NCBI GenBank assembly: GCA_964406895.1
Contig: CAYOTK010000004.1
Location: forward strand, 26,016-90,015
Direction: 5' to 3'
Length of the DNA stretch: 64,000 nucleotides
DNA from: an uncultured Candidatus Saccharibacteria bacterium
GTDB taxonomy: Bacteria; Patescibacteriota; Minisyncoccia; Phycocordibacterales; PALSA-1337
The position numbers were made by a program, and so were the translations under genes. Under the pieces are notes generated by a model. The model was given only the letters and a program-made list of their open reading frames with translations. It was not told the DNA's origin and did no database searches. Shown here one piece after another: positions 1 through 8,715 of the stretch; the first letter of the stretch is position 1, and every line of letters starts with the position of its first letter.

Positions 1-1236
1 CCCCATAGCGGGAAGACCGTCCTCATGGGTTTGCTTCGGGGCCTGTTGCCCCGGGACAAATTCATGGTTGCAGAGGCGGCACCTGATGGTGAAGGTATCA
101 CCGGATGGTCTGCCGAAGCGACGCAGGAGCTTGTCAAAGCGGTTCGCCGCAAGGGCAAGTTCCTGCCACAGTTCGTGGATTGGGTGTGCGCCTCGGTGCA
201 TAACTCCACGATGCCGATCACTCTCGTCGACTTGGGCGGAATGCTCTTGGACGATGAGGGAAAGTTCTCCGCCACGGGTGTCAGGCTGACAACGGAGAAT
301 GAACGAATCATGCGGGAATGCAGTCACTTGATCGTGATTGCGAACCCGAGCTACATGGAGTCGGCGGTGCCTACCTGGATCGCTGAAGCCAATCGTCTGG
401 GGGTCAAACCCTTGGCCATCCTCGAGTCGGTTCTTACGGGAGCTGATGATGAGATTGTAGCTGGGGGTGAACTCCCGATGCGAGCGCGTATCACGAAGCT
501 CGACCGGGAAAATCCTCCCCAATCCACAACCGCAAAGGTGGTCGTGGATTTGATCCTTTCACTCACAACAACGGAAGTCGTTGTGAAGGATGGTTCGGAA
601 GTCGCGGATGTGAATTTCCCGCGACTTGCCGAAACGCTCAACCTGCCGGTAAAAAACGGCGGGGCGGATCGCGACTGGCGACCTTCGGATCTTCCGAAAG
701 TACTGGCTGAAGCCAAAAAGCTTCTGGCCGGAAAATCGGAAGTGCGCCTTTGGGGAAACACTCCTCTCGGCGCACCGTACCATGTCCTCGCGGCAAATCT
801 GTCGCAGGAGGTTTGGTACGCTGATCCGAAAGTTCCGGGTGGCTATGTAGCTATTCCGGAAATGCCGGCCAGCACGGGAACACTCCTTGACTGGAAAGTC
901 GGGGAACGGGATGACAGCTCTCTCGTGGAGTTTGTCATTCCTGGGCAGGTGTTCAATGCGAACACTCTGCCCACACTCACCTTGCCGGAAGTGGACACTC
1001 GCAATGGTGTCGTAATTTCCGGCAAAGGACCACGTTGGCTCACCGGCGCAATCGCTCGGGCTTATGCTCGGGCAGGCGCCGCCTGGGTAGCGGTCTTTGA
1101 ACCGCGCGAGTCCAGCCGGATGCAGACTGACGGAAAGAAATGGTCGGAACACCATTCTGGCCAAGCTCCGGCAATTGTGGTCTACACGCGAGAGCGAGAC
1201 CACACCATCGGAACGATCATTCCGTTCAGTCTGTAA
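1..1236 (+). CDS. P-loop GTPase-like protein, paralog A (5' partial; continues upstream of window)
   Basis: Frame 1 is open from nt 1 and reads PHSGKTVLMG before the ATG at 25, so the Walker A/G1 lies at the window edge. ITLVDLGG is a G3-like DxxG motif. The N-terminus (PHSGK[ST]..L..LLP....FGAPDGE..W..EA.Q.LVK, hhhVDxGG) and the C-terminal block (GP.WL...IAR.YA.AGA.W.AVF.P.ES.R.Q...G.KWS..H) are homologous to ORF 7006..8715. Codon usage is GC-rich. Confidence 0.6.
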   Translation, partial: PHSGKTVLMGLLRGLLPRDKFMVAEAAPDGEGITGWSAEATQELVKAVRRKGKFLPQFVDWVCASVHNSTMPITLVDLGGMLLDDEGKFSATGVRLTTENERIMRECSHLIVIANPSYMESAVPTWIAEANRLGVKPLAILESVLTGADDEIVAGGELPMRARITKLDRENPPQSTTAKVVVDLILSLTTTEVVVKDGSEVADVNFPRLAETLNLPVKNGGADRDWRPSDLPKVLAEAKKLLAGKSEVRLWGNTPLGAPYHVLAANLSQEVWYADPKVPGGYVAIPEMPASTGTLLDWKVGERDDSSLVEFVIPGQVFNANTLPTLTLPEVDTRNGVVISGKGPRWLTGAIARAYARAGAAWVAVFEPRESSRMQTDGKKWSEHHSGQAPAIVVYTRERDHTIGTIIPFSL

Positions 1237-1370
1237 CAATTCAAAGGAATGGCAACTTCCTGATCCTTGATGGACAAATCGTTGCAGAAGCTTCGGAGAA
1301 GTGCTTCGGTTTTACTTCTCCACTTTATTCAACTCACGAATGGTTCGTGGGTTGACTGAGAAAGGTTTTC

Positions 1371-1871
1371 ATGAAAAAAGTTCTTGAGGCGATTGAGTTC
1401 GCTTTTTTGAAACACTTGGGCCAAGAGCGCCCAGGAGGTGAACCACAATTCGCACACGTGCTCCGAGTCGCCAAGTTGGCGGAGGAATGCGCGCAATGGC
1501 TGTCGCCAGAATCCGGTGAAGTTTTGGTCGTGTCGGAAATCCTCCACGATGTGTTGGAGGACACGCCGACGACGGACGCAGAAATCTGCAAGAAGTTCGG
1601 TGATGAGGTTGCCAAAATCGTCCGCGCTCTCTCGCATGAAAGCGAGGAGGAACCGGATGAGGTATATCTCCGCCGAGTAGCTCGGGGAGGTAAGATTGCA
1701 GTGTTAGCCAAACGGTTTGACCGACTGGACAACCTGCGATCGCTTGCCACAATGCCAGCGGAATTTCGCGAGCGAAAACTCGCGGAAGTTCGCTCGGCAC
1801 TTCCCATCTGGCGAGAGATCGATCCGGATGGAGCTTTGGAAATTGAGAAAGGAGTGGAGAGTTATGGATAA
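1371..1871 (+). CDS. Small HD-domain hydrolase, SpoT/Mesh1-like (small alarmone hydrolase-like)
   Basis: HLGQERPGGEPQFAHV...SEILHDVLEDTPTTDAEICKKFGDEVAKIV...VLAKRFDRLDNLRSL follows the RelA/SpoT hydrolase HD pattern block by block (H..Q.RKSGEPYI.HP / LLHDV(I/L)EDT / FG..VA.LV / KLADR.HNMR.L). It is 166 aa with no synthetase domain. Confidence 0.65.
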   Translation: MKKVLEAIEFAFLKHLGQERPGGEPQFAHVLRVAKLAEECAQWLSPESGEVLVVSEILHDVLEDTPTTDAEICKKFGDEVAKIVRALSHESEEEPDEVYLRRVARGGKIAVLAKRFDRLDNLRSLATMPAEFRERKLAEVRSALPIWREIDPDGALEIEKGVESYG

Positions 1872-2118
1872 CCGACCACTTTACGAACTCAAAATCAGAG
1901 CAACTTTTGTCCTTAGACTCCCCGAACCAGTTCGCGCTGAATTCGTGGAAATCGCGAGGGCAAAGTCTCCTTCGGCGAGTTTTGATCTCGCCCAGTTCGC
2001 CGCGCGAGCACGCGGAATTGTTAGTACGGAAGTCATTGCGATCGCAAAAGCTACGCGTTGGCTCTCAGTGATTCGCCGTGATCATGGCGATCAAGTGTTT
2101 GAACAGATTGTCGCTTAA
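1864..2118 (+). CDS. Ribbon-helix-helix (Arc/MetJ-like) DNA-binding protein
   Basis: The ATG at 1864 overlaps the HD gene stop (ATGGATAA), suggesting translational coupling. N-terminus MDNRPLYELKIRATFVLRLPEPVRAEFVEIARA matches the Arc-type beta-strand/helix signature (..R.P..L...L...A). It is 84 aa. Confidence 0.45.
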   Translation: MDNRPLYELKIRATFVLRLPEPVRAEFVEIARAKSPSASFDLAQFAARARGIVSTEVIAIAKATRWLSVIRRDHGDQVFEQIVA

Positions 2119-2136
2119 CGTGGTAACGGGGGTTTT

Positions 2137-2352
2137 ATGCCAAAGAAAAAAAAGATGCCCAACCGACGGATAAAGGTAAAAGGGTTCACATTGGAAGTAG
2201 TTTCTCCGAAATGTCCTTTTTCCGACGCTACGACGGAGGAGCGAGCAAAGGATCAGGCAGAAATGATTGCCAATGGAGGAATTCATCCTGCATGGTTCTC
2301 GGTTACAGCCGAAGACGTCCAACGCGAGTTAGATAAGGACAAGCTCAATTAG
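2137..2352 (+). CDS. Hypothetical small basic protein
   Basis: 71-aa ORF starting 19 nt after the RHH gene, same strand, with GC-rich codon usage. No recognisable motif. Confidence 0.3.
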   Translation: MPKKKKMPNRRIKVKGFTLEVVSPKCPFSDATTEERAKDQAEMIANGGIHPAWFSVTAEDVQRELDKDKLN

Positions 2353-2387
2353 GAGCACATCGCGCCACAACGCGAACAATTTCAATC

Positions 2388-2420
2388 GGCGAGTTTTTGT
2401 GGAAACTCGCCCACTTTTTT
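2388..2420 (+). terminator. Rho-independent terminator followed by an AT-rich promoter-like patch (to ~2470)
   Basis: GGCGAGUUU / AAACUCGCC stem followed by CACUUUUUU. Then cctataatatttgtttttttaaaattgtagg forms an AT-rich patch inside the otherwise GC-rich island, upstream of the MoxR gene. Confidence 0.45.
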
Positions 2421-2530
2421 GAGCCTATAATATTTGTTTTTTTAAAATTGTAGGCTCTTTGAGTAAACGCCACAAAAATGGCGACGGCTTCAAATAGGTG
2501 CGCCGGAATAAGCACCAGTGGAGAATCACA

Positions 2531-3742
2531 ATGAGTGATATCGTCCAATTGGGGATTGATCTCGCCCCCAAGGTGTCCGCTGTAATGACGGATGTCCTAA
2601 CGCGAAATCTCGGCCGTGAGGCAATTGTGCGGGCAACAATGCTCGCGCTCGTTTCGGGCAGACCGGCGTTTTTCCTGGGCAGTCCTGGGATCAACAAAAC
2701 CGGGACGGTGCAGGACATCGCCCGTCGGGTTGACGGTGCGGTGTTTTTTGACGCGCTCATGCCGACCATCGTGTCGGTTGAGCAACTGTTGGTGGAGAGC
2801 ACCTCCATCGTGGAGTCCCCGATAACTGATGGAGGTAAATCCATCAGCACCAGCGACAAGCTTGGGCGAGCAGCAAACGCGCACATTCTGTTCGCCGACG
2901 AGATTTGGAAAGCAGAACCTCGAGTTTTGCAGACCGTTTTGGACTTGGCGAAAGGCGACGGCGTTCGGCACGAGGGACGGATGATTAAAACCCCGCTTCT
3001 CGCTTTTGTGGCGGCCAGCAATGAGCTGCCGGATTCTGAAGGAAACCTCGGAGCACTGTGGTCACGAATGACCATTCGAGCCGAGGTGAAGTCCCTTGAC
3101 CGGGCCGGAAAAAAAAGCCTGGTCGCGACGCGATTGAACCGGCAACAGGCCGGCAAGTCAGCGCCGACAGGGGCGACTCTGACACTCGCTGAAGTGGAAA
3201 CGCTTCGCGAGGTTCGGCCGTTCGTGGAGGTTGGTGACGATATCGTCGAGATTGTACTCGACCTTTACCAATCGCTCCTTGACGGGGACAACGCCGGGTT
3301 CGCCTGGCTATGGGCCGACGACCGACGGTTCGGTCGTTGCATTGACGTTTTGCAGGCCAGTGCACTCCTTGACGGGAGAGCGCGAGTCGGCAAGCAGGAC
3401 CTTCGGGTTCTGGAGTTCTTGCTCTGGGACACCCCCGAGCAGATCCCCGTCGTCAAAAGCAAAATCGCCCCGCTCTGTCGGACACCACTGTCCGACGCGC
3501 AGGAGCTCGTAGACACACTCTTCGCTCCAGCGGGAGTGGTGGCGGAAGCGCTGGCTGGCGATCGGAACAAGATTGTTCCGGCCATCACCCAGTTTGAGGA
3601 GGCTGAGAAGGAACTCAGCCGGCTCGCGGGTGAGGCGAGTGGAACGGAAAAGGAGCAGATCGGCACGCTCCTCGCCAAAATTGCCGAGGAAAAACAGAAC
3701 GCGGTGGCGATCATACTTGGCGCCAAGCGTTGGAAAAAGTAG
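2531..3742 (+). CDS. MoxR-like AAA+ ATPase with atypical Walker A
   Basis: Start taken at the second ATG (MSDIVQLG), with GGAGA 8 nt upstream. Walker A is LGSPGINKTG (N replaces the conserved second G). Walker B is ILFADEIWKA. The MoxR sensor region DEI.KA.P.....LL....E......G......P..F..ASNELP parallels DEINRA...TQ.ALLEAM.E..V......-....F.VIATQNP. Confidence 0.7.
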   Translation: MSDIVQLGIDLAPKVSAVMTDVLTRNLGREAIVRATMLALVSGRPAFFLGSPGINKTGTVQDIARRVDGAVFFDALMPTIVSVEQLLVESTSIVESPITDGGKSISTSDKLGRAANAHILFADEIWKAEPRVLQTVLDLAKGDGVRHEGRMIKTPLLAFVAASNELPDSEGNLGALWSRMTIRAEVKSLDRAGKKSLVATRLNRQQAGKSAPTGATLTLAEVETLREVRPFVEVGDDIVEIVLDLYQSLLDGDNAGFAWLWADDRRFGRCIDVLQASALLDGRARVGKQDLRVLEFLLWDTPEQIPVVKSKIAPLCRTPLSDAQELVDTLFAPAGVVAEALAGDRNKIVPAITQFEEAEKELSRLAGEASGTEKEQIGTLLAKIAEEKQNAVAIILGAKRWKK

Positions 3743-3754
3743 AAAGGATCGGAA

Positions 3755-5491
3755 ATGCAAACGAAAGCCAGCCCGCTCATGCGGCAGGAGTTGCAGAAAC
3801 TCCTGGTCACGGATGCGGACGCTTTCACGGCGCTCCGCTTCCTGCGTCACCGCGAGCGCACCCCAGCGCTTTCGGAATTGGAAAACCAAGGAGGAAACGA
3901 GGTGCCCGGTTTTGCCGGAGCGCTTTGTGACCTCTACCACTCACTGTGGACGGAGACACCCAAGGTCAAGGAAGAAATTCCGGCTGACCGGCGGTTCTTC
4001 GCGGAGATTCTTCGGGGGGCGCTGGCATCGTCAGCGTTTGATGGTCTCCACGCGCAGACACAGTACTCAGACATCAAGTCGGTACTCGGCACCCTTTCCA
4101 TGGGTGATGCAGTGCTGGCAACGATGTCTCCGGAGGAAAAGAAAAATCTCCAAGACACTGCTAGTGCGCAGAAAACAGCGGATGAAGCCGAGGACGAGGC
4201 CAAACAGGCCGAGAACGAAGCTGATTCTGCTGAAGCACTCGCCCAGATGGTGGAGCAATCCGCCGGACAGGGCGAGAGCAGTGAGGGCGGACAAGAATCA
4301 TCCGGCGATCCTTCGGGAGAAGCCGAGGGTGGTTCTGGAGCGCCCAAATCAGGCAGTCCTTCAGGATCGCCAAGTGGTGGTTCACACGGAGCAGTTAGCG
4401 GAATGACGCCCGATGAAGCGCAGGCACTTGCGAACGAACTCGCTCGACAAGCGAGGGAGGCGCGTGCCAAAGCCAACTCGGCACGCGAAACTGCGAACAG
4501 CGCCAAAGAGGTCGCCGAATCCATCGCCAACCAACTTCTGGGGCAACCCGGAAGCGAGGAGGCGATGGAGAGAGCGAAAGATCTGGCGCGTCGTGGATTA
4601 GCCGCTGCTCAAAAGGCCCAAGCGAAGGTTGAGGAAGTATCCAAGACCATTGACTCGTGGGGGCTTGAGGAAGGCGAGCTCGTCCAGATGGGCATTCCGG
4701 AGGCCATGGGGCTTCTAGAAAAAATGCGCCAGAGCACGGCGCTCAAGAAGTTTGCTCAACTCCTGGGCCGAATCAAAAAGATTGCCGCTCGAAAAGCGGC
4801 GTCCGATGATAAAGCCGATGGAGTGCGAGTCACGAAGCCGGAAACGGGTCATGATATCAAAAGAGCGCTTCCGAGGGAGCTCACTGCTCTCTCGCACCCA
4901 TCGCTTCGTTTCGGCGCACTGACGCGCTGGAGCCGAGGAGAACTCGCTCTTCGGGGCGAGGAATCAAAGAGGAAATTGGGCGAGGGGCCGGTCGTGGTCT
5001 GCGAAGACTCGTCAGGCTCTATGGACGGGGTTAAGCAACAGTGGGCAAAGGCTGTAGTTTTAGCACTGGCCCATTACGCAAAGCTTCGTAACCGATCGTT
5101 CGCGTGGATCATGTTTGACACTGCTATCCAGCGGAGTCGCATTTACACTCGCGGGCGATTAACGCCCAAGGACCTTTTGGAAATCGCCGAGTCACGCTCA
5201 GGAGGTGGGACGAATTTTGAAATCCCCCTTCGCGAAGCCGTCAAAGTGATTCGTGGTGCTGGCCTTAAGAAAGCCGACATTGCGTTCATCACCGACGGGG
5301 ATTGCGCGATTTCGGACGAATTCGTTCGGGAGTTTGGTGGGGTCAAGAAGGCATTGGAAGTCAACGTGTTCGCAGTTCTCTGCGATGTTGGCCATACTGC
5401 CGAGGCGACCATTGCAAAATTCTCGGACAGAATTGAACAGGCTTCATCTTTCAACGAGGATGAAGCGGAACAATTTTTCCAAAAACTCTGA
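3755..5491 (+). CDS. von Willebrand factor A (vWA) domain protein with acidic/coiled-coil N-terminal region
   Basis: Starts 12 nt after MoxR, with AAAGGA upstream. The C-terminal vWA domain has a complete MIDAS: VVVCEDSSGSMDG (DxSxS), SRSGGGTNF (T) and AFITDGD (D). The N-terminal ~380 aa are Ala/Glu/Ser/Gly-rich low-complexity and coiled-coil. Confidence 0.75.
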   Translation: MQTKASPLMRQELQKLLVTDADAFTALRFLRHRERTPALSELENQGGNEVPGFAGALCDLYHSLWTETPKVKEEIPADRRFFAEILRGALASSAFDGLHAQTQYSDIKSVLGTLSMGDAVLATMSPEEKKNLQDTASAQKTADEAEDEAKQAENEADSAEALAQMVEQSAGQGESSEGGQESSGDPSGEAEGGSGAPKSGSPSGSPSGGSHGAVSGMTPDEAQALANELARQAREARAKANSARETANSAKEVAESIANQLLGQPGSEEAMERAKDLARRGLAAAQKAQAKVEEVSKTIDSWGLEEGELVQMGIPEAMGLLEKMRQSTALKKFAQLLGRIKKIAARKAASDDKADGVRVTKPETGHDIKRALPRELTALSHPSLRFGALTRWSRGELALRGEESKRKLGEGPVVVCEDSSGSMDGVKQQWAKAVVLALAHYAKLRNRSFAWIMFDTAIQRSRIYTRGRLTPKDLLEIAESRSGGGTNFEIPLREAVKVIRGAGLKKADIAFITDGDCAISDEFVREFGGVKKALEVNVFAVLCDVGHTAEATIAKFSDRIEQASSFNEDEAEQFFQKL

Positions 5492-5502
5492 AAGAGGAAA
5501 TT

Positions 5503-6156
5503 ATGGAAAATATCGTTGTAACGCTTCGAGCTGACCGGGGCAACAAGTTCGATGAAGACGGTCAGTGTATCGGGACCCATGAAAGGTCAATCGTCTTCAT
5601 GCCACGCGAGGTCAAGCCTGACCAAGTTGTCCGCGTCCGACTCATACCGATCATGGATCGAATGACGGGGAAAGAAAGAGTGGACAAAGGTGGCAGAGTT
5701 ATGTACCGCGCCGAACTCGCACCAGCGGAACTGCCGAGGAAATGCGAGGAAGACATTGCAAGGCAAGCAAAAGCCTTGCGGCAAGGCAAACCCTTTCCGA
5801 AGGATCAAGGCGAGGCACTCGCCAAATCCATATTTGGTAAGCGATTGGAACGTACTGACCACAAGTGGTACTACTTTTTCGCTGATGCCATCTTGGGGTC
5901 GCGGTTTTCACCCGCTGCCCTATTGATCTTAGAGGGGATGCCGATGTCTTCTGGTAGCTCATACGATGAGCTTATGGGGTGGTTGATCGGTAAAACTCGC
6001 TGGGGTTACAACTGGTACCACTTCCGAGAATCAGGAAAGATCGGAAAGGATGAGGTTCCGGAGTTTCCAGAAATAGAGCTCCGGACACTTATCGCGCGCC
6101 TTGAAAAAGGCGAATGGGTCATCGCAGACCTCTTGGTTAAGGAGGAACCGCGATGA
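5503..6156 (+). CDS. Hypothetical protein with TRAM-like (OB-fold) N-terminus; candidate vWA-MoxR-associated partner
   Basis: Starts 11 nt after the vWA gene. N-terminus VVTLRADRGNKFDEDGQCIGTHERSIVFMPREVKPDQVVRVRLIPI resembles the TRAM pattern (G.G.....g.vvFV....PGE.V.v.I). The rest is unassigned. Confidence 0.4.
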   Translation: MENIVVTLRADRGNKFDEDGQCIGTHERSIVFMPREVKPDQVVRVRLIPIMDRMTGKERVDKGGRVMYRAELAPAELPRKCEEDIARQAKALRQGKPFPKDQGEALAKSIFGKRLERTDHKWYYFFADAILGSRFSPAALLILEGMPMSSGSSYDELMGWLIGKTRWGYNWYHFRESGKIGKDEVPEFPEIELRTLIARLEKGEWVIADLLVKEEPR

Positions 6157-6191
6157 AAGGTTTTTGGTGCTGCAACACCAGTGGTTAAACC

Positions 6192-6235
6192 GGACGAATT
6201 TTTGCAGAAATTCGTCCACTTTATTCAATTCATAA
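6192..6235 (+). terminator. Hairpin after the TRAM-like gene (possible terminator)
   Basis: GGACGAAUUU / AAAUUCGUCC 10-bp stem, followed by ACUUUAUUCAAUUC, which is only moderately U-rich. Confidence 0.35.
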
Positions 6236-6327
6236 CTTCGGTTACGGATTGATAGAGTTTCAGCTCGAACCGCGTCCGCAGGCGCAACAATTTGCGGAAA
6301 AATTGCCCTTGAAAGGAGGGCTAACAG

Positions 6328-6774
6328 ATGAATTACAAAATCATCCCCGGATCCGTCGGGGTCCGGAAGTCGTTTCAGGTTACCTGCGGACTGCGCGTCG
6401 GGTACGACGCAGCCGCGGTGACTCACACCGGCGAGGAGGCCGTCGAGTCCGTCCTCGAACAATTGAAGTTCCGTGCGGCTGCGGGACTGCCGTACCTAAC
6501 CGGTACAATCACAACCGGAGAGGTCGTGTATGCATGGTCGGATGGGCCGGGCAAGGCCGGCGGCGGGCACGAGCCCGTCATCCGGTACGAGGGAGAAGTC
6601 AACCCCCTGTACAACAAGAATCTTCTCGAGAATCACGACGAGGTCGTCGCGATCTTGAACGAGCTCGGCATCGCCCTCGGAGCGGCGCTCGGGCAAACGC
6701 GGATCTACCTGGCCTACGACGGCCAGACGTGGATCCTCGAGGCGGAGAAGGCGGTTACCCCGACGGGTAACTAA
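6328..6774 (+). CDS. Hypothetical protein
   Basis: 148-aa ORF on the same strand within the island, with GGAGGG upstream. No recognisable motif. Confidence 0.35.
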   Translation: MNYKIIPGSVGVRKSFQVTCGLRVGYDAAAVTHTGEEAVESVLEQLKFRAAAGLPYLTGTITTGEVVYAWSDGPGKAGGGHEPVIRYEGEVNPLYNKNLLENHDEVVAILNELGIALGAALGQTRIYLAYDGQTWILEAEKAVTPTGN

Positions 6775-7005
6775 TTTCTCCAAAGGTTGTGTGAACCTTC
6801 AAAACATTCTGCGTCCCGCGTGGCGCAAAAAAATTTGGTTAACGGTGAGTGTATGCGGACACCCACAAAACTTTCAGCACCGGTCGGGTTGATCGGTGCT
6901 GGACTTTATTGAGTCCGTCCGCTTTTAGCGGGTTGATTCAAAAAGTTAAAGACAGCGACGAGAGTCGCCCGAGCCAGTCGGGTACTGGCATGAAAGGATA
7001 GCGGA

Positions 7006-8715
7006 ATGAAAAATATCCGCCGAGTAGTGGTTTGCGGACCCCCGCATTCGGGAAAGTCTGTGTTCCTAGCCAATCTCCAACGGCTATTGCCGGTTGAGCA
7101 TCACATGCTCATTTTCGGCGCTCCCGACGGTGAGTGGCATTGGAGCAACGAGGCCAACCAGAGCCTCGTCAAAAACCTGCGGGAAAAGAAAGGCTTCTCG
7201 CAGGACTGGTGCCGTCAAATCGTAACAGCGATCCAGAGTGCCGATCAGAAATTGGTACTCGTGGATACGGGTGGCAAGCGATTGCCACCGAACGATGAGA
7301 TCTTCTCGTCGTGCGATGGTTTCATCATTATTTCCTCATCGCCGGAGGAAATGATTGAGTGGCGGAAGTTCGGCGAGAGTTTCGGATGCCAGTGCTTGGC
7401 CGAGCTTGACTCGGTTTTGCATGGAACGTCAGAGCTCTATCCAGACCGCAAGGACGGCATCATCCGCGGTCAGATATGCGGTCTCGAGCGCGGGAAGACC
7501 ATTGAGTCGCCTGTGATGGACGCGGTGGCCAGTCGGCTTTGCGAAGTCATCAAAGCTAACGCTGAAATGACCAAGGCCGAACTTCTCGCCAACATCAATG
7601 GCGTGAAGTTGGTAGACCATCTGGGAATCACAGATCGCTCGGATCCGTATCTCGGAGTGAGGCCCTGGCACACGGCTCCTGCACTCAAACTCACGGCCGT
7701 GGCGCGCCGACTGGAAATCGTGCGAATCTGGAATGTCCGCACAAGTTTCCTGTCCTGCGCCTTCGCCTCGATGCTCCCAGGAAAAGTCCAGCTCTTCGGC
7801 GTGTCCGAGGGGTATGTGGAATTACCTGAAGTCGTTCCGGCTGGGAACGCTTCCGGCGATGGGGTGGAATGGGAAGTTACCGAACTGGCCGAGTATACCT
7901 TAGTGGAATTCCGCAAAACACGATTCTTCACTAAGGAACTGCTGGCGAGCGTGGTACCGCCCGTAGTCAATTCTCGCAAGGGGGTTGTGCTGTCTACGGA
8001 CGGTCCGCCCATCTGGCTAGACGCGACGATCGCAAGGTCGTATGCAAAAGCTGGCGCACCATGGATTGCTGTCTTCGTTCCGGTTGAGTCCGGACGAGTC
8101 CAGCCGTCTTTGGACGGCCAGAAATGGAGTGATGTGCACCCACCAGACGGACCGTGCGTGATAATTTACGGTCCGGAAAATCGGCTGGGAGAAATCATTC
8201 CCGTGCCGATTGCCCTGCTTAAATGGCAAGGGGGTGGACGTAAGTGGCGACTCGGGTCGGGCGAGCCAGTCGTGGATCGACAGAACAGCCACCTTGCCAC
8301 GCACGGCACGGTTTTGCCGTTCGTGGGTGAAGCCTTGCTCCAGATTCAATCCGGAGGACAAGACTTCATCGCCGAAGAAGTAGGTTTTGGCGAAGCCATC
8401 GGGCAGACGATTTGTGTCGCCACCCGCGAGGATGACGACATCGTTTTCGCCCAGCGGCCAAACCGAGCCGGACTCACACGGTTCGTGAAAGGTCGCGAGC
8501 CGGAGTCGTGCTCGACGGTTGTGGTTTGTCTAAAGCGAGCGCGGGAGGGCGGATACATCCTCCTTACTGCGTACATTGGTAGACGCACACCGGCCGAACC
8601 GTGGGACATGGAATGGGCAACGGATCAGTCCGTGCCTTTCTGGAATTCCCATGCTCTGATTTGGGGGCACGAATCAACAATACCAGGAACTGAAACGAAG
8701 GTTTGTTCTTGGTGA
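7006..8715 (+). CDS. P-loop GTPase-like protein, paralog B
   Basis: G1 is VVVCGPPHSGKS and G3-like is LVLVDTGGK. The N-terminal domain and a C-terminal block (GPPIWLDATIARSYAKAGAPWIAVFVPVESGRVQ...GQKWSDVH) are paralogous to ORF 1..1236. An additional ~170-aa C-terminal extension is present. Confidence 0.65.
   Translation: MKNIRRVVVCGPPHSGKSVFLANLQRLLPVEHHMLIFGAPDGEWHWSNEANQSLVKNLREKKGFSQDWCRQIVTAIQSADQKLVLVDTGGKRLPPNDEIFSSCDGFIIISSSPEEMIEWRKFGESFGCQCLAELDSVLHGTSELYPDRKDGIIRGQICGLERGKTIESPVMDAVASRLCEVIKANAEMTKAELLANINGVKLVDHLGITDRSDPYLGVRPWHTAPALKLTAVARRLEIVRIWNVRTSFLSCAFASMLPGKVQLFGVSEGYVELPEVVPAGNASGDGVEWEVTELAEYTLVEFRKTRFFTKELLASVVPPVVNSRKGVVLSTDGPPIWLDATIARSYAKAGAPWIAVFVPVESGRVQPSLDGQKWSDVHPPDGPCVIIYGPENRLGEIIPVPIALLKWQGGGRKWRLGSGEPVVDRQNSHLATHGTVLPFVGEALLQIQSGGQDFIAEEVGFGEAIGQTICVATREDDDIVFAQRPNRAGLTRFVKGREPESCSTVVVCLKRAREGGYILLTAYIGRRTPAEPWDMEWATDQSVPFWNSHALIWGHESTIPGTETKVCSW

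Noticed and set aside
25-1236. Taking the ATG at 25 as the true start of the first ORF
   Set aside because: Frame 1 is open from nucleotide 1 and encodes PHSGKTVLMG before this ATG. That is the P-loop homologous to GPPHSGKS of the paralog at 7006, so the gene begins upstream of the window.
1717-2118. 133-aa track ORF overlapping the HD gene
   Set aside because: Its 5' half overlaps the HD-domain gene in another frame. Only the part from the ATG at 1864 (ATGGATAA overlap with the HD stop) has RHH-like features.
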